From NCBI RefSeq assembly GCF_001194135.2, contig NC_068986.1, positions 80,147,027 through 80,181,954 of the forward strand: a DNA stretch of 34,928 nucleotides, in the 5' to 3' direction. Positions within the stretch are counted from its first letter, which is position 1. Every line of letters begins with the position of its first letter. This DNA comes from Octopus bimaculoides. Taxonomy: Eukaryota. Below, piece after piece: positions 10,546 through 22,809 of the stretch. The notes below the pieces were generated by a model. The model had not been told where the DNA came from. It saw nothing but the letters and a program-made list of their open reading frames with translations, and made no database searches. Both the position numbers and the translations under genes were made by a program.

Positions 10546-10768
10546 CCAAAAGTCACCGAGGTCGACTTTGCCTTTCATCCTTTCGGGGTCGATAAATTAA
10601 GTACCAGTGAAATACTGGGGTCGATGTAATCGACTAGTCCCCTCCCCAAAATTTCAGGCCTTGTGTCTATAGTAGAAAAGATTATTATTATTATTTTCAA
10701 AAGTCGCCGAGGTCGACTTTGCCTTTCATCCGTCCGGGGTTGATGGAATAAGTACCAGTTGAACACTG
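10546..10768 (+). mobile_element. Two tandem 5'-truncated family M SINEs
   Basis: Both begin caaaagtc(a/g)ccgaggtcgactttgcctttcatcc (about 10546 and 10697); the second is cut at the Penelope junction. Confidence 0.85.
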
Positions 10769-11665
10769 AGATTGATACATCGAAGGATACTAGTAGGGTG
10801 TTTTTGCTTACTGTTTTAGGGAGGTAATTGAGCATATATAGGTCGTCCCTTATGTAGCTTTTGATATGCTTGAGGAATTGTTTTAAGAGGGCATCTAAAA
10901 AGTTACTGAGCCGATGTGTTTCGCATGCGGGGCCTGCTATTATAGGTCTTAATTTGAGGTCATTAGGAGTGTGGCAATCCTACTTATACGTTACTTATTT
11001 TCTCACTTTTGTGTATCTTAGGAACACCGTAGAATTGACTGTTTTTACTTTTGAAGTTAGTCATATAATCGCATTCCTTGTCGGTGAGCCCTTCTCTGTT
11101 TAGGTTGAACATAGTTTTTTGATTTCTCATTATTTTCTGCTGACTGTATTGTTGGACCCTTTTCATGATATGTTGTGTCTTCTAATATAGATAATACTAA
11201 AGTTATATAGTATACTGTGCCCATTAAGACAACTGCATTCCCTTTATCAACTTCTTTGATTGTTGTTGTTTTATCATCTTTTAATTTGTTCAGCTCAGCC
11301 CATTCTTTTTTGCTGAAGTTTGGCTTGTGTTTTTGTTTGTGTATATGTTGATATAGGTAATGCGTGATGTATTCACAGAAATGGTCTAGAATTTTGTTCT
11401 TACCTTTTGAAGGAATGTAGTTACTTCTATTTCGGACTAGCGATTCGTTCTCGTTGTACTTATCGTATAGTTCCTCAACGAGCCGCAATTTTTTGCAGAA
11501 TTCCGCAACGTCTTCTTTCATTTCGTTGTAGTTGGGGCGTTAGGGGTGGGTGTAAACTTGAACCCTTTGGAGAGTATGTTGATTTGGTTTGCTGCTAGTT
11601 CTTTGTCAATTAGATTGATGATTTTTATCATTTTAGGTTCCTCCTGTCTGTCTGCTGTTATCTCC
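10768..11665 (-). mobile_element. Penelope-like element, frameshifted N-terminal and RT region
   Basis: Successive minus-strand pieces: IINL..KEL..NQINILSKGFKFTPTP; KEDVAEFCKKLRL...IKEVDKGNAVVLM; FYGVPKIHK; LRPIIAGPACETHRLSN; NTLLVSFDV. These are PLE RT motifs in the expected order, truncated at SFDV. Confidence 0.9.
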
Positions 11666-11669
11666 TATC

Positions 11670-12215
11670 TCTGTGTTTGCGTATATATGTTTAATTTATA
11701 TATATCCCCTTCTCCTCCTCCTGTTTTTTCTCCCTTACGCTATCTCCAATTTTTCCTCTCCCCTTCAGAGTTCTCTGTTTGTCACTCTCTTTCACTCACT
11801 CTCCCTCCCTTGTTCACGTGGTTCCCACGTGACCATCGGCCATCATTCTTCTCCTAACTTGCGTTTCTTTCTTTCTCTCCGTTGTAGCTGGATCAAGGAA
11901 GACGTGTTCTTGTCTGTCTCCTGTCCATGCTTGATTTACGCGTCCACCACCACAACCTTGTTTAGGCTCAGCAGCCCTTCCTGTTTATGTTACCAATTTT
12001 GACTCTCCGCAAAATCCCAAAACAACTGTTTTATCGAAAGCGTATCTTGCTGAATGCTCGAAATACGAGAGTAGAAAAACAGCCAAGAACTGATGAAGGG
12101 TCGTTTTTGTGTTGTTTGTCTTGTCTTTTGTTGATCGAAAAAATAGTTCATATTCCATGTATTCGCACTTCGTATTTTTTGTTGTACACGTTTCGTGACG
12201 TCCTGTGCCCACATA
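11670..12215 (+). mobile_element. PLE-type 3' end / pseudo-LTR, copy A
   Basis: Aligns with 23019-23370 and 24310-24920 (cacgtgaccatcggccatcattctt; caactgtttt...ctcgaaa...aaaacag; gatgaagggtcgtt; gacgtcctgt). Confidence 0.7.
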
Positions 12216-12237
12216 TGCATATATATATATATATATA

Positions 12238-12291
<54 letters not shown>

Positions 12292-12404
12292 CGTTAATGA
12301 TAGGATCAAGAAAAAAGTACTCCACCCAGTGAGAGATAAGTATCATTTAATACACACAATATTTAGAAATGAGCTAGTATTAGTTTCATGCAGTGGAAAC
12401 ACAA

Positions 12405-12460
<56 letters not shown>

Positions 12461-12875
12461 CGTGCTTGTTTCGTTATTTCTATGCATTGATATTTGAGAA
12501 CGATTGGATTCGAAAAAATACTTTGAGATGTAGAGAATATCAAATCTAACATCATAAATAAGAAAAAAAGAGACAATGTAAATCATGGAATATGAGAGAA
12601 ACGAGAGACTAAAAGCGCATATAAAGGAGCAAAGGATGAAAGCAATTGGCTTCTTTTTGTTCAGAGTTATAGCTGTATGGTATTTCTGATAAACAATACA
12701 GCGCATGACTGAAGATCCGTGCGAGCCAACGACAGAGTTTTTTTACGTCAGTGGCAGGATGGAGAACCTTTTTATTGCCAAGGGGGTGATTTAAAAGTGC
12801 ATAAAACCTTGAAGGGGACTGCATCTGTACTGAGAAAATAGTGAATCCTTAATCTTATACATCCATAGTTGTAAA

Positions 12876-13160
12876 GGTGCGTAGCTTAGTGGTTAGGGTA
12901 TTCGGCTCACAATCGTAAGGTCGAGATTTCGATTCCGGCCGACGCGTTCTGTCCTTGAGCAAGACACTTTATTTCACGTTGCTTTAGTCCCCTCAGCTGG
13001 CAGAAATGAATGGTACCTGTAATTCAAAGTCCGGCGTTGTCACATTCAGTATCATGCTGAATCTCCCTGGGAACTACGTTAAGGGTACACGTGTCTGTTG
13101 AGTACTCAGCCACTTGCACGTTGATTTCACAAGCAGGCTGTTCCGTTGATCGGATCGACT
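12876..13160 (+). mobile_element. tRNA-derived SINE family V
   Basis: A-box tagcttagtgg, B-box-like atttcgattcc, then gtccttgagcaagacactt (V-domain-like, as recalled) and a non-tRNA body. Confidence 0.8.
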
Positions 13161-13503
13161 TGATGGAATCGTCAGAGAATAGCTTATACTGCCATGCAGT
13201 AAGCGTTCTGGCTCTCTGAGTTCAAATCCGGCCTATCATGCCTTCACGCTCGATCTATAAGATACCACTCCAATACTGAAGTCAATTCTTCTCTCCCCTT
13301 TTCCCTTTCTTTCTCTGTATCTGACTGCTTCTTTCTTCTCAGAAAGAGACCGACTGTGGTTAGACCTAGAGAGGTATAAGCTTCACTAATAAACACGTTG
13401 TATACCACGGCAGCGTCCCTATAACTTCATCAAGAGTTGAGGGCTCAAAGCAAGACAAGGCATTCATAGGTATGTTATTTATATTTCATTAATATTTTGA
13501 TTT

Positions 13504-13710
13504 TAAAGGCGGCGAGCAAGCAGAATGCTTAGCGGGGATTTCGTCTGTCTTTACGTTCTGAGGTCAAATTCCGCTGAGGTCGACTTTGCCTTTCGTCCTT
13601 TCGGTATCAATGAAATAAACACCAATCGAGTACTAGGATCGTTGTAATCAATTAATCCCCTCCCGCAAAATTTCAGGCCTTGTGCCTACAGTAGAAAGGA
13701 TTTTTATTTT
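13504..13710 (+). mobile_element. SINE family M
   Basis: aaaggcggcgag...ggtcaaattccgctgaggtcgactttgcctttcgtcc...caggccttgtgcctacagtagaaaggatt. Confidence 0.85.
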
Positions 13711-13849
13711 AGTTTAATAATCTTAACTATTTTGTGCTGTTCCTTTTATTTTTCTATTAGAATTTTCGAGTTTTCGTTAGCTGGCGGTTACAAGTTTCAA
13801 TACTGGCTGTATTTCATATATGAATCAGAATTCCTCCATACCTTCTCTG

Positions 13850-14218
13850 CGTGGTAGGTTGATCTGCCAGAAATAGCAGCCCAAGATCCCTCATATGATA
13901 TACTACCGTCTTAAAAACAGGATATAACATTGCATTATGTAATATTCCATGCGATATCTGGAAAAATAGATGGCATGTTCACGACTGGAATGGTTTTTGA
14001 CCACAAGTCAACCTGAGCAGAGCTGAATTGTGGATATTTAAGAAGAACAACCAGTTAAATTTTTACCAAATCTCACACTACAGTCTTAATTAAAAAGGAC
14101 ACAGTTGATATGCATTCTTACATATGACTAAAGAAGGCTGGATGTTCATCGACCGAATGTTTTTGATCACGTCTGTTCAGTAGCATTTAACCGGGGTTGA
14201 ACAACAACCGCAAACAAC
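13850..14218 (+). mobile_element. Two adjacent family C repeat copies
   Basis: ccagaaatagcagccc...cacgactggaatggtttttgacc at 13850-14050 and ccaaatctcacac...tttttgatcacgtctg...aacaacaac at 14063-14218. Confidence 0.65.
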
Positions 14219-15084
14219 TTTAATAATTTAACACGTTGGCTCCCGATATTCATTTGTTCCAGGGTTTCAGTACGATATCTTAATTAATCTTGATATAAGC
14301 GCCATATTTTTTTGCAATATCATGCGTGAAGCAAGAATGACATAGTGGTCTTTTGCTTTTTTTTATCCATGGCCCACTAGTTTGGTACCTTCTGTTTTGT
14401 TAATTATATTTTCCTTTTTAAGTCTTTACTTTACCTCATTATATGTTGGAACTCGGTATAATATAAATGTGAAAATCAAAAGAAAAACGAGGAAACAATT
14501 ATAAAACTTTTTTTCTAAATACTATTCCAATGTGTTATAATCACACATTTAAGCAATCATAGCATTCCAACTTCCAAAAAGCCCAGAAAAAATATAATGA
14601 GATGACACATTGGAGGGTCGTGTGGGCCTTGCAAACATACCACCAAGACCCTTTGATTGATCGTGTGGGAACCAACGTGTTAAATTCTGTGCCAGTTAGT
14701 TAGAAATTTTCACTCTCAACTGAAGTCGATTTATTTCCCTCGTGTTATTTGTACTCATAAAAACGATACGAACTTCATACATATCTCAACCTTTATTCTT
14801 TAAATGATCTAACATCAGTTTCAATGAAAAAAAATGAGAGATATTTCAAGTCAAAATAATCGTATTATTGGAGTTAAAAGAGATCACTGCAAACTAATGG
14901 TTTTGACATGGTTTCAATACCCGATTGAAATCACATCACTTTAATTAATTAACGGTAGTCTCTCGGTTTCATAAAAGACAATTATGCAATTTTTTGCTGA
15001 ACGCTCTGTACAAATGATTTGCATATAGTGATCAAAATTTTGTGCTGCACATATACTCACTCCCTCCATCAAGATCACATTAAC

Positions 15085-15217
15085 AGGTGTGTATCGCAGA
15101 GCAACGTGAGGTGAAGTGTTTCGCTCAAGAACAAAACGCACCAGCCGGTCCGGGAATCGAACCCACGATCTCGCGATCGAAAGTATAACACATCAAACCA
15201 GTAGGCCACGCACTCTC
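15085..15217 (-). mobile_element. SINE family V, 5' part
   Basis: Reverse complement gtgcgtggcctactggtt...gggttcgattcccgg...ttcttgagcgaaacacttc matches the 12876 head. Confidence 0.75.
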
Positions 15218-15645
15218 AATATCACTTTGTCAACCTGGCTGATGTGCTTTAAATAAGACATGTATGACACAGATTCCTATTTTCTATTTCTAAACATAGG
15301 ACGCTGAGCTAACTAACAGCAAAGATCGAAAGACAAAGAAGAGACATTAAGTTAAAATAATCTTCCGACTGAGCCAAGTTTGCGACCTTATTTCCTTTGC
15401 TACAATTCAGTTTATACAGATCGATGATACTGTTGAGAAAAGTATCATTATAGCAGATGATTGTTGATAATGATTGTCACACAATTTTCCTTTTTCTTTT
15501 CCTATAATAAATTTGATATCTTATGTCTGTGTATACAATCAATATTTATAAACAACTCCGAACAATATCAATTTTCAGAAATGATGTTATTCGCACTTGC
15601 ACTCATGGTTTTTTGTTTTATTTGCCAAAACCTACAAATAAAGAA

Positions 15646-15906
15646 TTTCTTCTTCTTCTTCTTCTTCTTCTTCTTCTTCTTCTTCTTCTTCTTCTTCTTC
15701 TTCTTCTTCTTCTTCTTTTTCTTCTTCTTCTTCTTCTTCTCCTCNNNNNNNNNNNNNNNNNNNNNNNNNNNNNNNNNNNNNNNNNNNNNNNNNNNNNCTT
15801 CTTCTTCTTCTTCTTCTTCTTCTTCTTCTTCTCCTCCTCCTTCTCCTTCTTCTTCTTCTTCTTCTTCTTCTTCTTCTTCTTCTTCTTCTTCTTCTTCTTC
15901 TTCTTT
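15646..15906. repeat. Long (TTC)n microsatellite spanning a gap
   Basis: Directly visible; source of the poly-F/L/S ORFs. Confidence 0.95.
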
Positions 15907-16174
15907 TCGTCTGCTTTTCTTATTATTCTTCTACTTCTCTTTCACTTTTTCATTTCCTCTACCCCCTTTTCTTTTCTTCTTATTCTTCTAATCCTTCTCT
16001 TTCTTCTTTCCTTTTTATTCTTATTCTACTTTTCTTTCTTCTTCTTTTTCTTCTTCAGTTATTGTTTTGATATTCCATTGTTGATTTATTACAAATGATT
16101 TTTTTTTTAATAAGCAACAAAGTAATCAGTCACCTAAAAATATATTTCATTAGATTTTAAAACAGATATCATAA

Positions 16175-16175
<1 letters not shown>

Positions 16176-16222
<47 letters not shown>
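16176..16222. repeat. (AAT)n microsatellite
   Basis: Directly visible. Confidence 0.95.
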
Positions 16223-16224
<2 letters not shown>

Positions 16225-17010
16225 GAAGGGAACGAAATTTCTAAACAGAATTTGGACATTCCTTTATATTAATGTGACACGAGAAGAAATTTGTTGAAAA
16301 ATCCATATATAAAACAAAAAATAAAATATTTCTGATGTGGTAAAAATGACACATGGCAAATGATTCGAGAAATAATTCTTTTAAGATGATGGTAGGGGAA
16401 AAACTTTCTTTGAAATGACAAGAAGTGAAATATCTCTTCACTGTAAAAGAAGAAAAAAAAGCTAAATAAATAAACGGTGATGGATAAGGTGGAATCGAGT
16501 GGCGAATAAGACTGCTTAATTATGGACACGTGACAAGTTAAACAATGTATCGGGAAGTCGATTTTTCGTAGACTGTAAACATTATCTGTAATTTTCGGAC
16601 TGAAGTTTAATCGAAATGATGTGTTTACAGAAGAGAAGCAAGAATAACAAAGGCAAAAGTATAGCAAATAAAAAATAAGACAATAAAATAAACGATAAGG
16701 AGAGGAAGGTCTATAAGAGGAGAGATATAGACAAGCCGAAAGATGTAGAAAATAGAAAGTAATAGATAGCGTAGGGACAAGATGGCGGTAGAGGTAGATA
16801 TAAATGAACGTCAGGAATCATTCATACCGTTTAATGACAGAAGAAAACACTACTCTCCTGTCAAAAAGAAAACGATTCTAATTAGTCAATCTGGAGAAGG
16901 GAATTAAAACTATCAGATGGAAATAAATTCCAACCTCTCACGGTTTTACTTCGATTGAATGTACTTTTACAGGGTCAAATAAACAGCTGGAGAAGGCTTG
17001 TCTCTGTGAA

Positions 17011-17712
<702 letters not shown>

Positions 17713-19254
17713 AAGTTTATGTCAGTATGACTATGTTACCCTATGTATTTGTTCGTCATAATCCTCAATGCGAAAGTCTTAACTAACCGAGTTAGTAGAA
17801 AGCCAGTCTACTAACAAAACTTTCAGATAATTTTCTTAGATTTCATCAAATAATTTTCTAAAATTTACCGACCATTCTTCGATTTTACTGAATTCATTAA
17901 TATAACATATGACTAACCTTTAAAGACTTCGAGTTTTCTTCGTTAGTATACAATTTTGATTTCTTTTCCTTGTATAATTTTTTTAGGAAATTGTCGTTCT
18001 GTACATGAGAATTTTTTTAAAAATTTGTTTTCCATATTCTAAGGCAGCGGTTTCCNNNNNNNNNNNNNNNNNNNNNNNNNNNNNNNNNNNNNNNNNNNNN
18101 NNNNNNNNNNNNNNNNNNNNNNNNNNNNNNNNNNNNNNNNNNNNNNNNNNNNNNNNNNNNNNNNNNNNNNNNNNNNNNNNNNNNNNNNNNNNNNNNNNNN
18201 NNNNNNNNNNNNNNNNNNNNNNNNNNNNNNNNNNNNNNNNNNNNNNNNNNNNNNNNNNNNNNNNNNNNNNNNNNNNNNNNNNNNNNNNNNNNNNNNNNNN
18301 NNNNNNNNNNNNNNNNNNNNNNNNNNNNNNNNNNNNNNNNNNNNNNNNNNNNNNNNNNNNNNNNNNNNNNNNNNNNNNNNNNNNNNNNNNNNNNNNNNNN
18401 NNNNNNNNNNNNNNNNNNNNNNNNNNNNNNNNNNNNNNNNNNNNNNNNNNNNNNNNNNNNNNNNNNNNNNNNNNNNNNNNNNNNNNNNNNNNNNNNNNNN
18501 NNNNNNNNNNNNNNNNNNNNNNNNNNNNNNNNNNNNNNNNNNNNNNNNNNNNNNNNNNNNNNNNNNNNNNNNNNNNNNNNNNNNNNNNNNNNNNNNNNNN
18601 NNNNNNNNNNNNNNNNNNNNNNNNNNNNNNNNNNNNNNNNNNNNNNNNNNNNNNNNNNNNNNNNNNNNNNNNNNNNNNNNNNNNNNNNNNNNNNNNNNNN
18701 NNNNNNNNNNNNNNNNNNNNNNNNNNNNNNNNNNNNNNNNNNNNNNNNNNNNNNNNNNNNNNNNNNNNNNNNNNNNNNNNNNNNNNNNNNNNNNNNNNNN
18801 NNNNNNNNNNNNNNNNNNNNNNNNNNNNNNNNNNNNNNNNNNNNNNNNNNNNNNNNNNNNNNNNNNNNNNNNNNNNNNNNNNNNNNNNNNNNNNNNNNNN
18901 NNNNNNNNNNNNNNNNNNNNNNNNNNNNNNNNNNNNNNNNNNNNNNNNNNNNNNNNNNNNNNNNNNNNNNNNNNNNNNNNNNNNNNNNNNNNNNNNNNNN
19001 NNNNNNNNNNNNNNNNNNNNNNNNNNNNNNNNNNNNNNNNNNNNNNNNNNNNNNNTGTGTGTGTGTGTGTGTGTGTGTAATTGTTAAAGAGATCCACTAT
19101 ATCAGGAATCAACAATTATACATCTGCTATATCGGAAATCTGCAATGGCTCCATAACTACCGTCTCGGCTATAACCTTGGAGCCTTAGTAAGCCGTTACA
19201 GCACTTACCTAGCGTACCTACTCGTTTAGATCGTCTGTAAACCAAACCACCATA

Positions 19255-21225
19255 TTAATCTAGAAAGTTAGGATATTTGAAGCGGTTTCAAAAATACTTT
19301 TAATGCTACCATCATTTGCGATCTAAAGCAGTTGCTCTTTTTCCAACAAGGACAAGATTGATTTACATGGCTTATTCACAAATGGATCGCGGATCCGTTC
19401 CTTCCTAGCTAGAAGTGGAGTGGCTTTTGTGGTCGGAAAGTAATGTTCAAATTCTTTTAAAAGTTGCGATAAATGATTGTACAACAGCTGAGAGAATGAA
19501 GATCTGGGCTCAGTTTCTTTCAAGATTCCAGCTAATGTTTGAAACATGTCAAATATCCCTGTGTTGTCTTCCCCACTATTTCAGTTTGGCTTTGAATGCA
19601 GCCACTTTATCTGCCGACTGGAAAACAGTTGTCGTTCTCCCCTGAAATGACAGATTGTATTCGGTTGAGCAGGGTCAATATGTAACACAAGTAAGCAAGC
19701 TTTGCATTCTATTCTGTACTACTAAAATGTGCTGTCGGTAGTGACTGTTTTCCTAAAAGAAATATATGGAGCGGCTAGCGAAACTCAAAGCTCTGACCAG
19801 TGATCTTCCTTTTGAACATCATTCTAACTTCTGTATATAACAGAAGACGTTTGTACTCACCTATCTCTTAACAGAGCTGCTCAAACAGACGTGAGTTAAG
19901 GGTATGTACTTTGACGTAGTTGATAACTTTAATCAGGCCATTCAAAACGTTAAGTTCACGTGACATTTTGTGGTTAGCTAGCATTTCTCTATGGATAAAA
20001 GAGTGCGAAGTCTCACAATCAGGTGCGGCTTTCTTGACCCGAATAATGAAACCAGAAAGTCGCCCAATCATGGCAGCCGCTCCGTCCATGTATACAACGA
20101 CACAAAATGACGAATTTAGTTTCCTTGATACGTAATAATTCACAGACTTGGAAAAGTCTGCAGCTGTGGTGTTTGTTGGCAACAATAATACACATGATGT
20201 ATCCTCACGCACAACCTGAAATTATATTGCTCAAAAACAAGTATTGTCGCCTTGTTGTCGACAGCTTTAGAGTCGTCAACTTGCATTTCGTACCACGGTG
20301 ACTCACTGATATTCTATTAAAATTATGCTTCAATGTCTTCTGCTATTTCATCAATTCGTCAAATTACAATGCTGGTTAAAAGAACCTGTGCAGCCTCTCT
20401 GAAATGTTTAGGGGAAATGTTCTCGGCAGCAGGCAGGATCAATTCATCACCACTAGTAAAAGACTTCTTAACCTTAGCAATGCATATAGCCACAAAGAAT
20501 AATGCTTTCATTTGAGACGCATCTGATGTTGTGGTGACCTTCAACAATTGCTTAATATAAAGTATTCACATATCTTCTTTCAAAAATTTCCAAAGACTTG
20601 TCTTTTAATGCTTGATCTCTATGTGGCGAAGCAGTTTTCAAGACTTCATGACTTAATTGAATAGTCAGTCGCCATGTATTATACTGAGCGGGCTTGGAGG
20701 ATGTGAATCACTTGTGATGAGCCCGTGATTTACAAGGAGAATTGGTATTTTCTTTTAAATGCAACTTCCCTTTTCTTGGTAGTCTTGGAGACTTCTACTG
20801 TTTCATCATTTGAGTATTTTCCTCTTTTCGAAGAAGCTCTCCAGCAACTTTTGATTTTACTCATTTTTTATAGGATCAGAGTAGCATTACTAAGTTCTGA
20901 CCCTATGAAATCTGCAACGCATTTCAAAAAGTCATTTTTCTACAAAATAAATTGTTAACGAGTTAACTCTAGAAAACACGAGATTTTCTAGAATGCAAAA
21001 AGAAAAAGATTTTAGCGACTTTATTGTCATAATTAACTTGTGGTCAATGAAAAAGACTGACTTACAGAAGTGCAGGAAAGAGACATAGACGGAAGTGGTA
21101 ATTTTATAAAGTCAAACATCTTGTAAACTGTGATAGTAAAGACAATAGAAACAGAATTTAAAAATTGAGGATTTCTCTGCGGCGGGGTACCAAATGATCC
21201 ACGGCCTGGTAGTTGGGGCTCCCTG
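19255..21225 (-). mobile_element. Decayed hAT transposon (Charlie/Buster group, ZBED5/SCAND3-like transposase)
   Basis: Probable ATG at 20864. Frameshifted pieces in order: AFKRKYQ; BED-finger remnant KLLRHIE.KH; IAKVKKSFTSGDELILPAA; LLLPTNTTAA; MDGAAAMIGRLSG; HSFIHREMLA; NSRLFEQLC; EFEHYFPTTK; IRDPFVNKP. 5' TIR-like end cagggagccccaact at 21225. The C-terminal dimerisation region is missing. This is a transposon, not a domesticated ZBED gene. Confidence 0.92.
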
Positions 21226-21231
21226 ATATAT

Positions 21232-21420
21232 TCCCTTATTTAACAAATCGTTCTTTCTTTGAATTTCGAGGGGTTTTCTCCATCAGAGGCAGCCGAAAGC
21301 AGTCATATTTCACAAAGAAAATTACTTTTGGTAAGAAATCCAAGCATAAAGTAGGAAGGGTTGCTTGTCTGTCGATAAGTAGCGAACGCTGCTTCATGCA
21401 TAGACTTTGGGTGTATCTAT
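21232..21420 (-). mobile_element. N-terminal/BED-finger remnant of a second, older hAT transposase
   Basis: YRQTSNPSYFMLGFLTKSNFLCEI*LLS....ENPSKFKE resembles the hAT pattern R.Y..SY...GF...CxxC..LS....KPSKL. Confidence 0.45.
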
Positions 21421-21774
21421 GTTTTGAAAAGGAAGAGTATTGGTGAAATATGTAATAAAACATGCGTATACTAACATATTAAACTTGATAGGTGTCTCCT
21501 TATAGAAGAAATAGAAACCAATATTGCAGTGAAGGTCAAATGCTCAGATTTGAAGAACAACCACTAAATAGTGAGGAACGTTTTGTCTAACGTTACACAA
21601 CGCTTATTAAAACGTTGCAGTAAGAAGCTTCTAAGAAAATATTTTACTAAGCTTCGTAACACAAATATTACTTTCGGCATCCTAACAAAATAAGTCTGTT
21701 GGACTATGTAACAATATATTGTGTTGTTACGAAATAAAACGTCAAGTAATGTTTCTCATTAAAATATAACATTA

Positions 21775-22003
21775 TAAGGCAGAAAGCTGGCAGAATCGTT
21801 AGCACGCTGGACAAAATGCTGCGTGACATTTCTTCCAGTTTTACGTTCTGGGTTCAAATTCCGCCGATGTCGACTTTGCTTTTCATCTTTCGTGGTCGGT
21901 AAAATAAGTACTAATTGAGCACTGGGATCGATATGATCGACTCGGCCTCCTTCCACCCCAACCCCAAAAAGTTCAGGCTTTGTACCTACGACTGAAAGGA
22001 TTA
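21775..22003 (+). mobile_element. SINE family M
   Basis: agctggcagaatcgttagcacgctggac...ggttcaaattccgccgatgtcgactttgc...gaaaggatt. Confidence 0.85.
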
Positions 22004-22111
22004 ACATATACCGTTATGATTTAGATCGCAATTGTTCGCAAAGTTATGTAACAAAAACTATCATACAAGAATGGATATGGTCTAGGAGAAAATCCAGGAA
22101 TTTAGAAGAAC

Positions 22112-22190
22112 ACAGTCGACTCCATCACTTAACTAGTACTTTATTTTATCAACCCTGGAAGGATGAAAGGCAGAGATAACCAAAGAATGT
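22112..22190 (-). mobile_element. Family M central-domain fragment
   Basis: agtactttattttatcaaccctggaaggatgaaaggc is the reverse complement of the central domain. Confidence 0.6.
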
Positions 22191-22641
22191 AGGAAGTCAA
22201 AACAAATGTGCGATGTATTTCTGGCCGACGTTCTATTCTGACACTTCGCCACCTCTTCTTGATGGCTAAATAACAAAACGTTATATCTGGTTAAATAGCA
22301 AAACTACGGAACAAAACTTTATAACTAATTACATAATATATATATTTCCCTCTGTGTGTGCATATATATACATATTTCTTGCAGTGTAGGTGTTTTGACG
22401 CCCTTAGTCGCATTTAGCGATAATTATATGGTAACACACTGCACACGCAACAATTGTAGTGATTACAAATAACTGTCCAACTGCACTCCTTCGTATTGAC
22501 CCCAACTTATTTAATTATCTATTCACACACTACAGAAGCCCCAACACAAATCTGACAGTACGTATAATAGTACTACTGGATAGCAAAGAGTGAAATCTGA
22601 AAGTGGACGAGCTTTATACTACGTTCTTAAGAGAATATAAG

Positions 22642-22672
<31 letters not shown>

Positions 22673-22809
22673 NNNNNNNNNNNNNNNNNNNNNNNNNNNN
22701 NNNNNNNNNNNNNNNNNNNNNNNNNNNNNNNNNNNNNNNNNNNNNNNNNNNNNNNNNNNNNNNNNNNNNNNNNNNNNNNNNNNNNNNNNNNNNNNNNNNN
22801 NNNNNNNNN

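Noticed and set aside
12876-12950. tRNA-like sequence with A and B boxes
   Set aside because: It lacks a complete cloverleaf and continues into a SINE body, and a second copy lies at 15085-15217.
19255-20864. Functional ZBED5/ZBED8/SCAND3 host gene
   Set aside because: Multiple stops and frameshifts, a TIR-like end and a lost C-terminus indicate a dead transposon.
21330-21420. Apparent spliced exon (IHPKSMHEAAFATYRQTSNPSYFMLGFLTK) with good acceptor and donor
   Set aside because: The frame continues into a BED-finger-like hAT remnant, which is the simpler explanation, though not proven.
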